Below are positions 1 through 14,583 of a stretch of DNA of 64,000 bases, piece by piece. Both the position numbers and the translations under genes were made by a program. The stretch covers positions 6,448,001-6,512,000 of the forward strand of contig CM022677.1 of the NCBI GenBank assembly GCA_012295275.1, written 5' to 3'. The notes under the pieces were generated by a model that was given only the letters and a program-made list of their open reading frames with translations, ran no database searches and was not told the DNA's origin. Numbering within the stretch: position 1 is the stretch's first letter; every line of letters begins with the position of its first letter. This DNA comes from Chrysomallon squamiferum. Its lineage: Eukaryota > Animalia > Mollusca.

Positions 1-1
1 C

Positions 2-510
2 CACATTGGAACTCAAGTCCTCCTCAACTGATGTACTCAGCCAGTGTGAGTGTTGTCAAATATACAGCCATACACACCCATATATACAGACAGCACACAC
101 AGAGACACACACACACAACACACACACAGACACACACACACACATAGACACACACACACACACACACACTACACATAGATACACACACACACACATACAT
201 TAAAAACACAATACACACACACACACAGATTTACACAACACAGAGAGACATACAAACACATGTGTAATCACACACATGGTGAGCACAACACAAATATTTT
301 AAAAAACGTTTTGTTTTCACTGTGTTGTTTTTTTTTTTTTTTTTTTTTTTGTTTGTTTGCTGTTGTTTATTTTTGAGGAAATAATGGTAGTAGTAGTAAG
401 TAGTTTTTTCTTCCTCTATTTAAAAATATTTATTTTCCTTCTAAAGGTTACTTAGAATCTTTGTAATAATAAATAAAGTAAAAAAAAATTTCAAATAATA
501 GTACTTAAAC

Positions 511-552
<42 letters not shown>

Positions 553-1467
553 CACTGAAATTGTGAATACAATTTTGACATTATATTTATTTAATTTTTT
601 TAACTTTGTACAGTATAAACCCTGAAACAGGTGAAGATCACATATTTTGGATTAGCTAAACTTCTTGATTACAGTGAGGAAGAGTACTAAGCTATGTGTG
701 GAAAAGTGAGTGGAACAGCAGTAATTCACATTTCTTACTAATCAAAAACACTGATAAATTGGTCAAATTCAGATTTTAAACATTGAAGTTTAAATTCTGT
801 TTTCTTATTAATAGGGAACTTACAAACTGAAACTTGGAACAGTCTTAATTCAGTTTTTTTTTATTAACTGGGAACGTTGATATCCTGAAATTTCAAAAAG
901 ATTGAATTTGAGATGTTATGCTATAAACTGGAAAATATATGAGAAACGAGATTTTATTCTTTTTCACTGTTTCTGATGCCAATCACGTGTTTAGCTCTGG
1001 ACAGAATATTCATAGACAAAACTGATGTCTGGAGTTATAGTCCAACCTTCTTTTTATCTTTTCTCTTTTTTTTATAATTTTAATGCAGAAATGACATTTG
1101 AATATTATATTACATGTAAGATGTATCAATTTTAACACCCTGCTTGTAAAATGAAAAATATATATAATAAAGTGTACTTAGAAGAGTAGACTAAACACAT
1201 TTCTCTTACTTTGAGTCATTTTGAAATTAATATTTTTAGTACTAATTTTTAATAATAATAAAGTATGGAAATTAATATTACAGGTCCATTAACGATATAC
1301 TGAATCTTATTTTTTCTAGTCTTGCTTTATGATAGTAAAAATATTCCACTGATACAGAAGGTAAAAAAAAATGAAACTGATGGATGTGACTAATTTTATG
1401 TTGTTGTTGTTCAGGTGTTACTGTGTGGGTACTGTTTATGTTTGGTCAAACTCGATACGACAACATC
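2..1467 (+). pseudogene. EGFR: Unprocessed EGFR/ErbB-family tyrosine kinase pseudogene fragment (four exon remnants: 2-45, 613-705, 976-1039, 1415-~1467); continues left of the window
   Basis: Manual translation gives HIGTQVLLN*CTQ (cf. EGFR NIGSQYLLNWCVQIAK) ending at GTGAGT 46; V*TLKQVKITYFGLAKLLDYSEEEY*AMCGK (cf. VKITDFGLAKLL...GGK) ending at GTGAGT 706; MPITCLALDRIFIDKTDVWSY (cf. VPIKWMALESI..RIYTHQSDVWSY); and GVTVWVLFMFGQTRYDNI after CAG 1414 (cf. GVTVWELMTFGSKPYDGI). Intron positions match EGFR exons 20-23. Stops, DFG->YFG, deletions and a CTG acceptor at 973-975 show it is inactive. Confidence 0.88.
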
Positions 1468-2200
1468 CACGAAGTTCTCCATCACGTGAATATTGTGAAT
1501 TAGTTCCCTACTCAAACTAATTTGAACGCGCACATAACGACGAAATATGATCGCTAACACTCTGATTTAAAACACGTGTCTGTAGACCTCAAGTGAGATA
1601 TCCAGTTCCACATCTAGTCACGTTTTTAATACGGTTGTGTTTGGTTTTTTTGTTAGTTTTTTCGTTTTTACGGTTGTTTCTCTAGTTTCATTTTTATTGT
1701 GTGTACGTGTGCATGTCTTTCTTCCTTTTTTCTTTGCTTTTATTTGTTGTTTCAATTTTAAAAATTAATATGTAAATTAAACTTAATTTCATGTCTAAGA
1801 GAGAATTTTATAAAATAGGTCAAGCAGAATCAAAAGAAAAAGGAGAAGAATAGTTGAGAATGCTATGGGATCCCCAGAACAATAATCTGTATTAACCATT
1901 AATAATAAATGTATAATAAATCTCAACAGTGAACTACTTTGTACTACACTGATATTATACACATTAATTATATTATACAGACAGACATACTGATAGGTGA
2001 ATAAATAGGTAGCTATACAGGCAAAGAGATCACGAAACAATATAAAATAGTTTTAAAATTTAAATGAAATAAAGACATACATTTTTTATTTATTATCATA
2101 TAAATATTTTATTGCAGTTTTTTTTTTTTTGACTACACTTGAATATGTACGAATATATTTAATATAAACTACTTTACAAAATAATAGAATTGTTTAGATG

Positions 2201-2313
<113 letters not shown>

Positions 2314-2492
2314 TGTGTGTTAAATGACAAAACTGTGTGAAAATTTCAAAAGTAATTCATAATAAATCAATAACATTTTTAAAAATAAAAATAAAGAAAG
2401 GAAACGAAGTAACTAAATTACCTTACAATAAATAAATACCTGATTTTCTGTTTACAGTTAAAGTGAAACTAATTTAGCAGACCGTTTGAAGT

Positions 2493-3922
2493 TTACTTTT
2501 TACACCAAGTAAATATTTTTATTTCTCCGGTGATCTCTCCCACGTAAAGTTTGTTGTCATCACAACAGACAGACAAAGGTCCGGACAGTCCATCCCGGCG
2601 TGTGAGAATGTCACGTGTAATGTTACCATCTCGTGACAACTGAACAACACAATTTCTATTATAAGCACAAACAAAAATATTTCCCTCCCTGTCACATGTA
2701 ACACCTCTCAAGTCTCTCAATTTGTCTGAATCACGTGACACCCATTTGACGTCACCTGATGACGTCAAACGAACTAAACTGTTTCCATTTGACACAACAG
2801 TCAGACATTCATCGTGAACTGTGAGACGTGACGGTCTGGGGATCAAATCTGTTGAGATAGAATTAATGAGCTGACCACTGTCTTTCAGTATGTCCAAGCA
2901 CTGATTACTGAACTCGGTGACCGCGAGACGGTTGCCAGGTAACACAGCGATATGCTGATACCTTTTAACAGTTTTAACTTTCTTGATCAGTTTGAAGTTT
3001 TCCAAATTTAAAAATAATATTTTACTTTCATTTAGCAGAGAAACAACAACAACATCATCACCCAGCTGATCACGTGATTCAGCAAGACCGCGTGGTTCAG
3101 AGAAAGTGTCGTATCTGTTTATTAGTGATTTTCTTTCTAAACAAAAACATTTTACACATTCATTGTACAAATCACTAACAACAATTTTACTTCTGTCTGC
3201 ACCTGACACCAGCATGAAAACCGGAACAGGATTGAATTTATCTTTTTGTGTTTTTGTGTTAATGGTGTCTGTGTGTTTGAGTGTGTCTGTCTGTCTGATT
3301 ATCTGTGTGTCTGTATTTTGTGTTTCCGTATCAATGGTGTGTGTGTATTTGAGAGTGTCTATCTGTGTGTCTGTTTGGATTTTTATCTGTGTGTCTGTTT
3401 GGATGTTTGTGGATATTTCTCCAATGTGGACTGACATTTCTGCCTTTTTGTCAGATTTTATCAGATTTACTTTAAACTTTGCTTTTTTTATTTGGGAACG
3501 AGATTTGGACAGAAACTCGGAAGTTGTGTTTTGAAGTTTGGTGAATTTTGAAATGTTAATTTTTATATCTGACTCTGATTTTCTTGTCAGCAAATCATCC
3601 CCCAATTGTATCATTTTTTCGTTTTCCTCAATCAGATGTTTGTGTTCATTGAATAATTTGTCTATTTCTGAGTTTACAAAGTTCTGAGATTTTTCTATTT
3701 CTCTTATTAACCTGTCTTGTTCTTTGTGGACTGCGGCAGTAAAATCTGTGATTAGTGTGTTACCAGTCCTTCTGACCTCTTCTGTAGTGTCCACGACGTT
3801 GATGTCGACGGCTTGGCGAAGTCGCTCGATCATATCATCCATCTCTGTCTGAAGAATTTCTTTAAAGGTTTTGAGACTTTCAGAAACAGAATTCAGAATT
3901 GAAATGTGACCTCCCTTTTTAG
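2493..3922 (-). CDS. TRIM-like E3 ligase, coding exon 2: coiled coil, Thr/Asp-rich linker and NHL/6-bladed beta-propeller
   Basis: The 449-aa ORF extends in frame upstream to the acceptor tttatttcAG (3924-3923), phase 1. Heptad-rich helix, then NHL-type motifs EPRGLA, LRGVTCDREGNIFVC, DGLSGPLSVCCDDNKLYVG. Stop at 2493-2495. Confidence 0.9.
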
Positions 3923-4197
3923 CTGAAATAAATAAATAAATAAATAATCAATCAGTGAATTTATTAATTAATTAGGACTACTTATTATTAATAAAGATAT
4001 GTCTACAATGTGAAGTTTTAGAATTTATTTTATCAACTACATTAAAAATCTGAGAAGAAAAATGTCATAAATAAAATTTCCTCTATTTCTTTAGGCTGTC
4101 ATGGTTAACACAAATATTTTTAGTTAAACAATCACTAAATTTTTTCTCTTTTTAGTATTTTATTGTAACGAATCTAAACACAACACTGCTGACTCAC

Positions 4198-4483
4198 AAA
4201 ACTTTGATTGTAGCCGATCATTAGCGGCGTCCTGTAGTGAAAGGTTTATAGGGAATTGATCTGCCCATGTATTCACTGGTTTTGTGCTGTCTGAGATGTG
4301 GACATCCTGCCTGCAGAACGGGCATGTGATTTGTGTGTCGTTGTTGTCGTAATTATGACTAAAGAAGTTCTGCAGGCATTTGCTGCAGAACGAATGTCCG
4401 CAGTTTAAAATTCGCGGCTTCTTGAAAAGTTCCGTACATATGCAGCACGAAAGATTATCATCAGAGTTTGTAGCTGTTGCCAT
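4198..4483 (-). CDS. TRIM-like E3 ligase, coding exon 1: C3HC4 RING finger
   Basis: MATATNSDDNLSCCICTELFKKPRILNCGHSFCSKCL...ITCPFCRQ...WADQFPINLSL. Acceptor ttattcacAG lies 2 nt before the ATG (4483); donor GTGAGT at 4197. 286 nt (phase 1) joins exon 2 in frame, total 1716 nt. Confidence 0.9.
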
Positions 4484-4514
4484 ATCTGTGAATAACAATA
4501 ACAATAACAGTAAC

Positions 4515-4576
<62 letters not shown>

Positions 4577-5847
4577 TAAATATTTAGAGAACCCCAGTTG
4601 AAAAACCACAGACTGCAGCAAAAATGTATTCTACTTAATTGAACGGTATATACAAATAAATAAATAAATGAAATGATAAATATATAAACTTGCAAACATA
4701 AAATATTCTATTAAACTGTTTACTTGTTTATTTACTATTTAGTTTTATTTGTAAATTAGATAACTTTTAAAGTGCATTACGATCTTGCTAAATTTAGCCT
4801 GTGACGTCATACTTTATTTGAGAAGGAAGTCGACAGAACTAATATAATAAATGAAGTCAGCTGTAATAAATTATACGAACAAAGAATAAAATCACAAAAT
4901 AAAAGCAAAAACAACAACAAAATAAACATCTGAGTGTACGTGAATGCTGCAAGGTAATTTCGCTATTCATGATCCAACTCGTACGTGTACAGTAAAAAAA
5001 ACGTGAAGTAATGTATTCTGTGTAATAATTTAAACGTCAGGTTTACAAAATCTCCTGAATAATAATAATAATAATAATAAAAAATAATAAAAAATAAATA
5101 AACATATACGATATAACTAATTTCTCAGTAGTAGTGATGGCAAATAAATCTCTAAATAATTTTTTTTTTCTTAAGAAATGAAAAATGTAATACCCGGAAA
5201 TAGTTCTGTATTCCTCTGCAAATACTCTATTTAACCACTGGAAAATACTCTGTTTAACCACTGGATAGAAATTGTTTGTTGTTTTCCTAGCTTTTAGTTA
5301 TATATTTATTTATTTGTTACTTCTTCTTTGTTCTTGTATTCCAAAACAAGAAGAACAGAAATATATATACATATCCATGTATGAATGTATGTGTGTATGT
5401 GTGTGTGTGCGCAAATACACACAAACACACACACATAATATCAAGCAGTAGTTAAACATTCAGATAATATGGTGAATGAGAAAAAAAATTGAAATATGTG
5501 TGCGTGTGTGTGTGTGTTGCGTTTGTTCAAAAAATTATCTTGGTTTTTAAAAGGACTGTTAGAAAACTGCAGTGTTTGATTAGATATAACGTTTACAGAC
5601 ATTTCAACCTGCACCTATTTAACTTAATAATCGATGTACGTGAAATAAATTGATTTATTTTTCATGAGGTAAAATTCAATACACTAAAACTGATAACATC
5701 AACAAAGCAAAATAATAATAATAATAATAATAACAACAACAACATCAACAACAACAGTAATAATAAATAAATAAATAAATAAAAATATAAAAATACACAT
5801 AATCCAAGAAAACTAAAATTGGAAAGTATTCCATCAACATGAGTTCT

Positions 5848-5942
<95 letters not shown>

Positions 5943-6336
5943 AATGCAATTTTTATAAAACAAAATGGAGTTCTTACCAGGCTGTATATTTTCTAACAAA
6001 GAGATGACAATGAGGCTATGTTACTGTGGAAACCAGTTTTTAGTTCTATGAGAAAAACACACAAATACGTGGTCTAATATACCCGCTTGAAGTGAACTTT
6101 GACCATCTCGTGATGGAGATAAAATTCAGGTGAGGTATGACATTTTCAAACCTTTGCCTTATTTAGTAAACTGATAATTACTTCAATTAAAAAGATTACT
6201 CATCAACGCAAGACCTTTATCTTTTCTCTTTAACATGAGACAAAACAGCAGGTTCGGCTTTGTTTAAATAATTGTGGGGTGTTTATATATTTACTCTTCA
6301 GAACTACTGTTACCTGTTACAAATATATATTACCTG

Positions 6337-6492
6337 TTATATTTTACAAATAGAACAAACAACAACAGCTACATTGTCGCTGCTGTTAACTTGTCTTATA
6401 TTTTACAAATAGAACAAACAAAAACAGCTACATTGTAGCTGCTGTTAACTTGTGTTATATTTTACAAATAGAACAAACAACAACTGCTACAA
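6337..6492. repeat. ~58-bp tandem repeat, about 2.7 copies
   Basis: TTATATTTTACAAATAGAACAAACAA(C/A)AACAGCTACA recurs three times at 58-bp spacing. Confidence 0.85.
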
Positions 6493-6753
6493 GTACAACT
6501 GTTATTATTACCGATGCTACTAATACTACTTTTACTACAACTGCTAATAGTACTGTTACTGCTACAGCTTTACTGCCACTACTAATACCAATAGCACTAA
6601 ACTATTTTAACTACTGTTACTATATTTGATAAAACTACTTCTAATTCTACGACTACTATCACTGTCAAAAATTGTTTACTGATATTACTACTACTACCAC
6701 GTACAGTGTTACTAATACTGCACATGTTAATACTAGCCCTGCTGCTACACCTT

Positions 6754-6817
<64 letters not shown>

Positions 6818-7262
6818 GTAACTATTACAATAACAACTGCTCTTTCTAATCTTGTAAACTCAAATTTCTTTATGATCATATTTTTTTTAAATATTAACAT
6901 TCGTTTACTATGTTTATATTTAGTTACGTATGTTCAACTCGTGTATAATTAATTTATTACTAAAACACGTGTCAGTGATAACATGTCTTACTAATCTGTC
7001 GTGTCAAGAGTAATGTTTACTTGGCTAACTTAAATTGATTGTCTAGAGATAAATTCTGTACAAGCCAGCGTTTCACACACACAGTAAATAAATAAAATTA
7101 CAATAGAAAACGTGTGATTTTATGAGAATTCTTTGGAATGTTTTTCAAATGATTATTTTATTATTATTATTATTAAATATTAATATTATTTTTTAATTAT
7201 TATTATGATTATTATTATTAATTATTAATTATTATTATTATTATTTTATTATTGTTATTATT

Positions 7263-7307
<45 letters not shown>

Positions 7308-7433
7308 ATGTAGCATATAGCCCGCGTGTGTTTAGATTTATCTGTCATGTTGGCAAGTTTCAATTTTAATAAAAAAATCTTTATTGTTAGATACTGCCTT
7401 TCTGGTGGACTTAAAATTAAAAAGGGTTAACTC

Positions 7434-7466
<33 letters not shown>

Positions 7467-7994
7467 GTAATATTGTTATTAGTATTATTATCATCATCAT
7501 CAACATCATCATACATATATGCTGAATGAAATTACTTAAGAGAAATTAAGACAACGACAATTAAAAGTCATACACACAGAATAAACACAGGATACGCATA
7601 CAAACACACATACATACAAACGCACACAAATACACACATACACACATACACAAACGCAGACACACTATTATATTAATATAATTTAAAAATATATCCACAG
7701 CCTAAGAATATTACTACTGCTGTTATAACTACTAGTCTTACTACTACTACTACTATATCTACTACTATTAGTGTTACTTATACCACTGATAATATAAAAC
7801 AAATGCTAATGCTGTGGTTGCATGTACATCTAAATTGTTCTGTACATTTTAATTTCATTGTAATAAAATTGTAAATCGTCTGAAATTGCCAAAGTCATAT
7901 TTTTGATCTAATAAAATTTATTTGCATTTGAATTAACTATATTATATATTGTAAATTCGATTATTTCTACGATCACAGTTTGAAATATATGTTA

Positions 7995-9431
<1,437 letters not shown>

Positions 9432-9707
9432 AGTTCTTAATAAATAAAACATTTGCACGCCCGAATAGAAAAGATAAATAAGTAAATAAATGAAAAAAAC
9501 AACAACATTAAGACTAAATAAGTAAACATTCAGTCAAAATGTGTCAACAAGTTAAGATAAAAGACCAATAACAAAAGAATAATAAGAAAATGTTTTCTCG
9601 GTGTTCATTTCTAAAAATTTGCTCAAACCTGCCAGAAAAAAAAATCAGTAATTTAAGTAGGTCAAAAGACTAAAAATTAAAATCTACCGCAGTAAACTTA
9701 ATAATAG

Positions 9708-10572
9708 TTTTAAGGTCAGGGTTAGAACTAGTCTGTGCATAAGAATTAAGGTTAGGCACTTCTTTAGCATCAGAGTTAGGGCGTTAGGTTAGGGTTAGGG
9801 TTCGTGCTCAGGTTATGTAAATGTTATTATGAGGGTTGTGATAATGTGGAAAATAATTTTAGGATCGCGATTAGAAGTAGCGTTAGCATATGAATCAAGG
9901 ATCGGGACTTGAGTAAGATTAGGTTTAGAAATTCGGCTATAGGCTTAGGATTGGGGTTAGTGTTAGGATTATTCAAAATTTATTATTGAGTCTTATTATA
10001 ATCTGCAAAACCGTTTTAGTGTTGGCATTAGAATTAAACTTAACGACTTCGTTAGTGTTAGGGATTGAGTCTAGGTTAGGGTTAGGATTAAGTTAGGGTT
10101 AGGGTTAGGGTTAAATTAGGGTTATGGTAAGAGTTAAGGTTATGTTTGTTTAAAGATTATTATCAGTGTTACGATAATGTGCAAAATAATTAGAGGTCAC
10201 CATTAGGAGCAGCGTTAACGTAAGAATCCACGTTGTGGACTTGGGTAGGATTAGGTTTAGAATTTGAGCTAGGGTTAGATTAGGTTAGAGGTTAGATTAG
10301 GTTAGAGGTAAGATTAAGGGTTATTGTTTGGGTTAGGCTTAGGATTACGGTAGTGAGGAAAAAAGTTTTAGGGTCAGAGTTAGAAATCGTCTTTGCATAA
10401 GAATGAAGGTTTGGTATTTCTTTAGCTTAGGGTTAGGGTTAGGGTTAGGGTTAGGGTTAGGGTATTGTAAATATTACTATAAATGTTATAATAATGTCAA
10501 AAATAATTTTACGATCATCATTAGACGTAGCGTTTGCGTAAGAATTAAGGTTTGGGATATTGGCATTAGAAT
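9708..10572 (+). repeat. Interstitial telomere-like (TTAGGG)n region, degenerate, with ~330-bp higher-order periodicity
   Basis: Perfect (TTAGGG)6 at 10427-10462 and many variant hexamers. The block ATAATGT..AAAATAATT..AG(A/C)..TAGCGTT recurs at ~9841, ~10174 and ~10491. Confidence 0.85.
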
Positions 10573-11688
10573 TACCTTACGTCATTAGTTTTACACTATC
10601 AAAAAATGATACCGTGTATAAACAAAATTCTGAGAGGAAGATGATGTAAAAATGACACTAACTTCGTCCTTCAGCAAGCATCATAATATTATTTTAGATG
10701 TCATAATATGCGACAGTTTTGGCAGCCGGAAAATAACGATTATCCCAAATAAATCTTTCATTGAAAAATGGTTTAAATTGAGAATGATAAAAACCAATTA
10801 TCAGATAATTTCTTGTAACGTGCAGCGTCATCTAATATACCAGACAAACAGAAAGATCCATTTGCTGTATTCAGTTGTTAACCTGTAATTAATTATCACA
10901 TTTTCCTGTAAAAAAGCATTCTGATAAAATCAGCACCACTGTTTATGTGACAACTTTATTATCGAGTGATTTTTAACAGTTATGCAGATCAAAGAAAACG
11001 TAATTTTACATCACGTTAAATTTCAGAAACAGTGGAAAGATTTGTGGCCTCTTCTTTATGAAGTATAAAGTATAATCAGAAATATGGAGGACCTTCTATA
11101 GTAATACTAATTAACAACTTAATGTAATTAATAAAATATTAAGTTAATCTCAATGTATTCATTCAAACAATCTACTGGCAGTAAATATAAACTTTGCATT
11201 AAATAAATTTGCAGAAAATGATTCATCCTATTAAAGTATATTAATTTACAGTAGTAACTAAAGGATAATTACTGTTGTGACTTCAAGTTAATAGAAAATT
11301 AGACTTTTAGGCAAAAAGTGAAGATTAATTATAGACTGATGGTATGAATCAACATAAACCTGTTTAAAGTGAAATGCTTGATCGCTTTAGATTAATGTGG
11401 TTTAAACAACATATTATAGTGATAATTAGATGTGCTGCGTAATATCAAGTGGTGCTAAGTTCTTTATTTAACAAATATTGTAAAAAGAAAAAGCTACATG
11501 ACAGAGAAGAGTGAGATACATTTTATTATCTACCACAGTTTATTATTTATAATTACAGTCGTATAGTGTCAGAACGGTTACATTAACAAGTTGAGAATAA
11601 AATATGTTAATGTGAGTACTGTTGTGTAAATGAATTAACTGAGTTTCAGCTGTAATAATGTTTATTATTATTATCATTATCATCATCA

Positions 11689-11731
<43 letters not shown>

Positions 11732-12595
11732 GAACTTCTTCTTTATTTTCTTTATTTTATGTTATTTTATTATAAAAAATCAAAATAATCCCACAACAAT
11801 CCAACACTCACCTCAGTACTCATTCAAAGTTTTTAATAATAATAATATTATTACAGATAAACCTCAGTTTTATCATATAAACATGTCATGTTAATAATAA
11901 AACGTAAATTCTGTCCAGCGTTCTCAAATTATCTTCAGAAAACTACACTCCTAGAATCTCGTAGTAGAATAAAATGTAACTGTAGATGAAATTATCAGTA
12001 TTGTTTATGATGCAAAATAGAGGTAAAACATAATAAAACATTACGTTATTTTCATTCAGTATCGATTGCTGGTTTTATATATAAACCGTAAATTACGTCG
12101 CGCTTTACAAAACAGAAAACTTCGCCTATCTTTGTGATAATGTCGTTTGCTTTGCAAAATTAAATTCTGTGATTCAAGTAAAGTGTAACTTCTCACGTAT
12201 TCAGTATTAATTTTTTTTTTTTTTGTTGTTGTTGTAGAGCACGAACTGTAACTCAGTTTAAGAGAAAAATATTGTCACAATAGAGTGGCTTCCCCTGTAT
12301 ATGTAGTCATTAAATTATTTATTTCTGAATTTACAAGTCGAGCGCTGAATGCCACTATAAAATTAACAGGTCAGATCCACATTAATGTGGTATTTGATTA
12401 ACAGCAGAACAGATTTCACTAAAAAGCTCTGAATGATGCTAAAAACAGAGATATTACTTTATAAGAATCCATTCGTTTTTGTTGATACGTTTATAATAAA
12501 TGATGTCAACATGTGCGCAGTTTTCACAGCGACATTTACTGTTATTAACGCTATCAAGATTATTCTTGAAAAGCCGATGATATTCCTTTAGCTGA

Positions 12596-12658
<63 letters not shown>

Positions 12659-13945
12659 ATGATGCAAATCAAAGGTGAACGTAATAAAATATCGATGTAA
12701 GCAGTTTTTTTACTAAGATGGAACGTAATTTCCGCTCAGTCTGTTTAGTCGTATAAGCTGCACAGCTGGTAGTAAACAAAAACGTAAGTTCTGTCGAGCA
12801 GTCTTAAATTATCTTCAGAAAACTACCAAATTAAATATGATATTATACACAGAAATTAAAGATTAACTGGTATAATATTGGTTACCATATTTAAAAATAT
12901 GGTTTATTTGAAAGGCCCTCTGTATTTCTCAAGAACAAAAATATATATATAAATAAATAAATAAATAGATGTATAGTTTTATAAAAATTTGTTTTTGAGA
13001 GCTATGAAAAGATATTATCAGTAGTAAACAATTAAAAAAAGAAGCATTAAGCTTATCCAGCAGCGCAGTTTATAAAGCAAAATGTAGAATCAGGAAAAAT
13101 AATATGATATTTTATATTTATTTCAAATTCTTCACCTTTTCCTGTATTTTTTATTTAACAGTGTCTTTGCCTCGGAAACTTGTTTTACATGGTGGACTGT
13201 AAAACTGATGAAATAATCGAGATGCACAAAGATAAAGATAGAATAATAATAACAACAACTAGTTTGGACTGTTCATAGAGAGAAGCAGGCGACGACAGAC
13301 AAATTGTTAAAACTGTAGAATTTATGGACTGAAAGAGAAACACGAACTGACGTGGGTATATGTATTTGCTGTTAGAAAAAGAAAATGGGTATATATATAT
13401 ATATATATACACACAAGTTGTGTGTGATTGTATGTGTGTATATGTGTGCTGAAGGAAATTATAATTTTTGTGTGCGTTATCTGAGGCATGGGTATATACA
13501 AGAAATCGATGCAGACATAGATACAGAGAGAAAGACAGACAGATGTGAATGTGAAAGGAAGAGTTGGTACAGACATTTTATCTGTGAGAAAGAGTTAAAG
13601 TGTTTGTTGTCAAATAACTGCTGTATGTGAAAGACAATGTCCTTGTTTATGTAAAAATAAATACAAGTTCCAAATGTTTTGGGTGTTGTTGTCTTTTCAA
13701 AATCCCCCAGAAAAATGAGATAAAAATAGAGATAAAAAACAGAATTATTAATTGGATTATTTTAATGATTTATTCTTATATTATTGTCTTGATTTTGAAT
13801 TGTTGTTAACATTAACAGATATTTGTAGATAGCTGAAATTAATCAGATTAAAAAAAAATTTTAGAACTAATAAAACCAAGTTTTTAAAAAAATAGATTTG
13901 TAGTAATTTTTATTTTAAAGAAATGAAAATGAAATTATGTATGTC

Positions 13946-13985
<40 letters not shown>

Positions 13986-14523
13986 TTTAAAGAATTAAAC
14001 ATTAATTTGCTTGATTATGGCATCATTATGACAGCCTATGACATCAAATAAAAGTAAAATGGGTTCATAGTACAAAATCGTAAAGGCATATGTCACTATA
14101 ATTCATTATTAGAATTCACTGTTAAAAAAGTGGTGTTTAGTTTTGTCTTAAAATGTTATTGTAATTATATTTCTTATTTAACAAACTTCAGTTGGATTAG
14201 TAACATCATGCAGAGTGATCTTGACTGCTCAAAATTTATATGAAAAATTCATTGTTTATATTCAAGGGACAAATCGAAAAAAAAAGTTTTTAGCAAAATA
14301 GGAATTTTACAATAATTAATTATGTAATAATAATAACCTCAAATAAACAAAAACAAATAATGGAAATTGGCTCTTTATGAACTGTTGGAGTAAATATATG
14401 GTACTATTGAAATAGTTTGCTCTAAATAATTTTAAAGAATTGGCTAAATTCGTCTAAATGTAGTAAATCAAATTTAGCTTGACATAACTTTAACGTGTTT
14501 GTAAATATACAAAAAAGACTGAG

Positions 14524-14583
<60 letters not shown>

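Noticed and set aside
3106-3534. 142-aa and 62-aa plus-strand ORFs
   Set aside because: Antisense shadows of the TRIM exon over its repetitive linker.
4484-4621. Poly-Leu N-terminal extension (apparent signal or TM segment) of the RING ORF 4160-4621
   Set aside because: It is an intronic (TTA)n tract upstream of the acceptor at 4487-4486; the real start is the ATG at 4483.
4802-4809. Perfect CRE palindrome TGACGTCA upstream of the TRIM coding exon
   Set aside because: A single 8-mer that also occurs inside the coding exon; the TSS is unknown, so no function can be supported.
13185-13412. Minus-strand hydrophobic ORF or possible terminal exon
   Set aside because: The hydrophobic stretch derives from TTA/TTG repeats; no family resemblance or linked exon was found.
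14117-14135. CACTGTTAAAAA as a CACTA-type terminus for a large element
   Set aside because: No matching inverted terminus with a TSD was found downstream.
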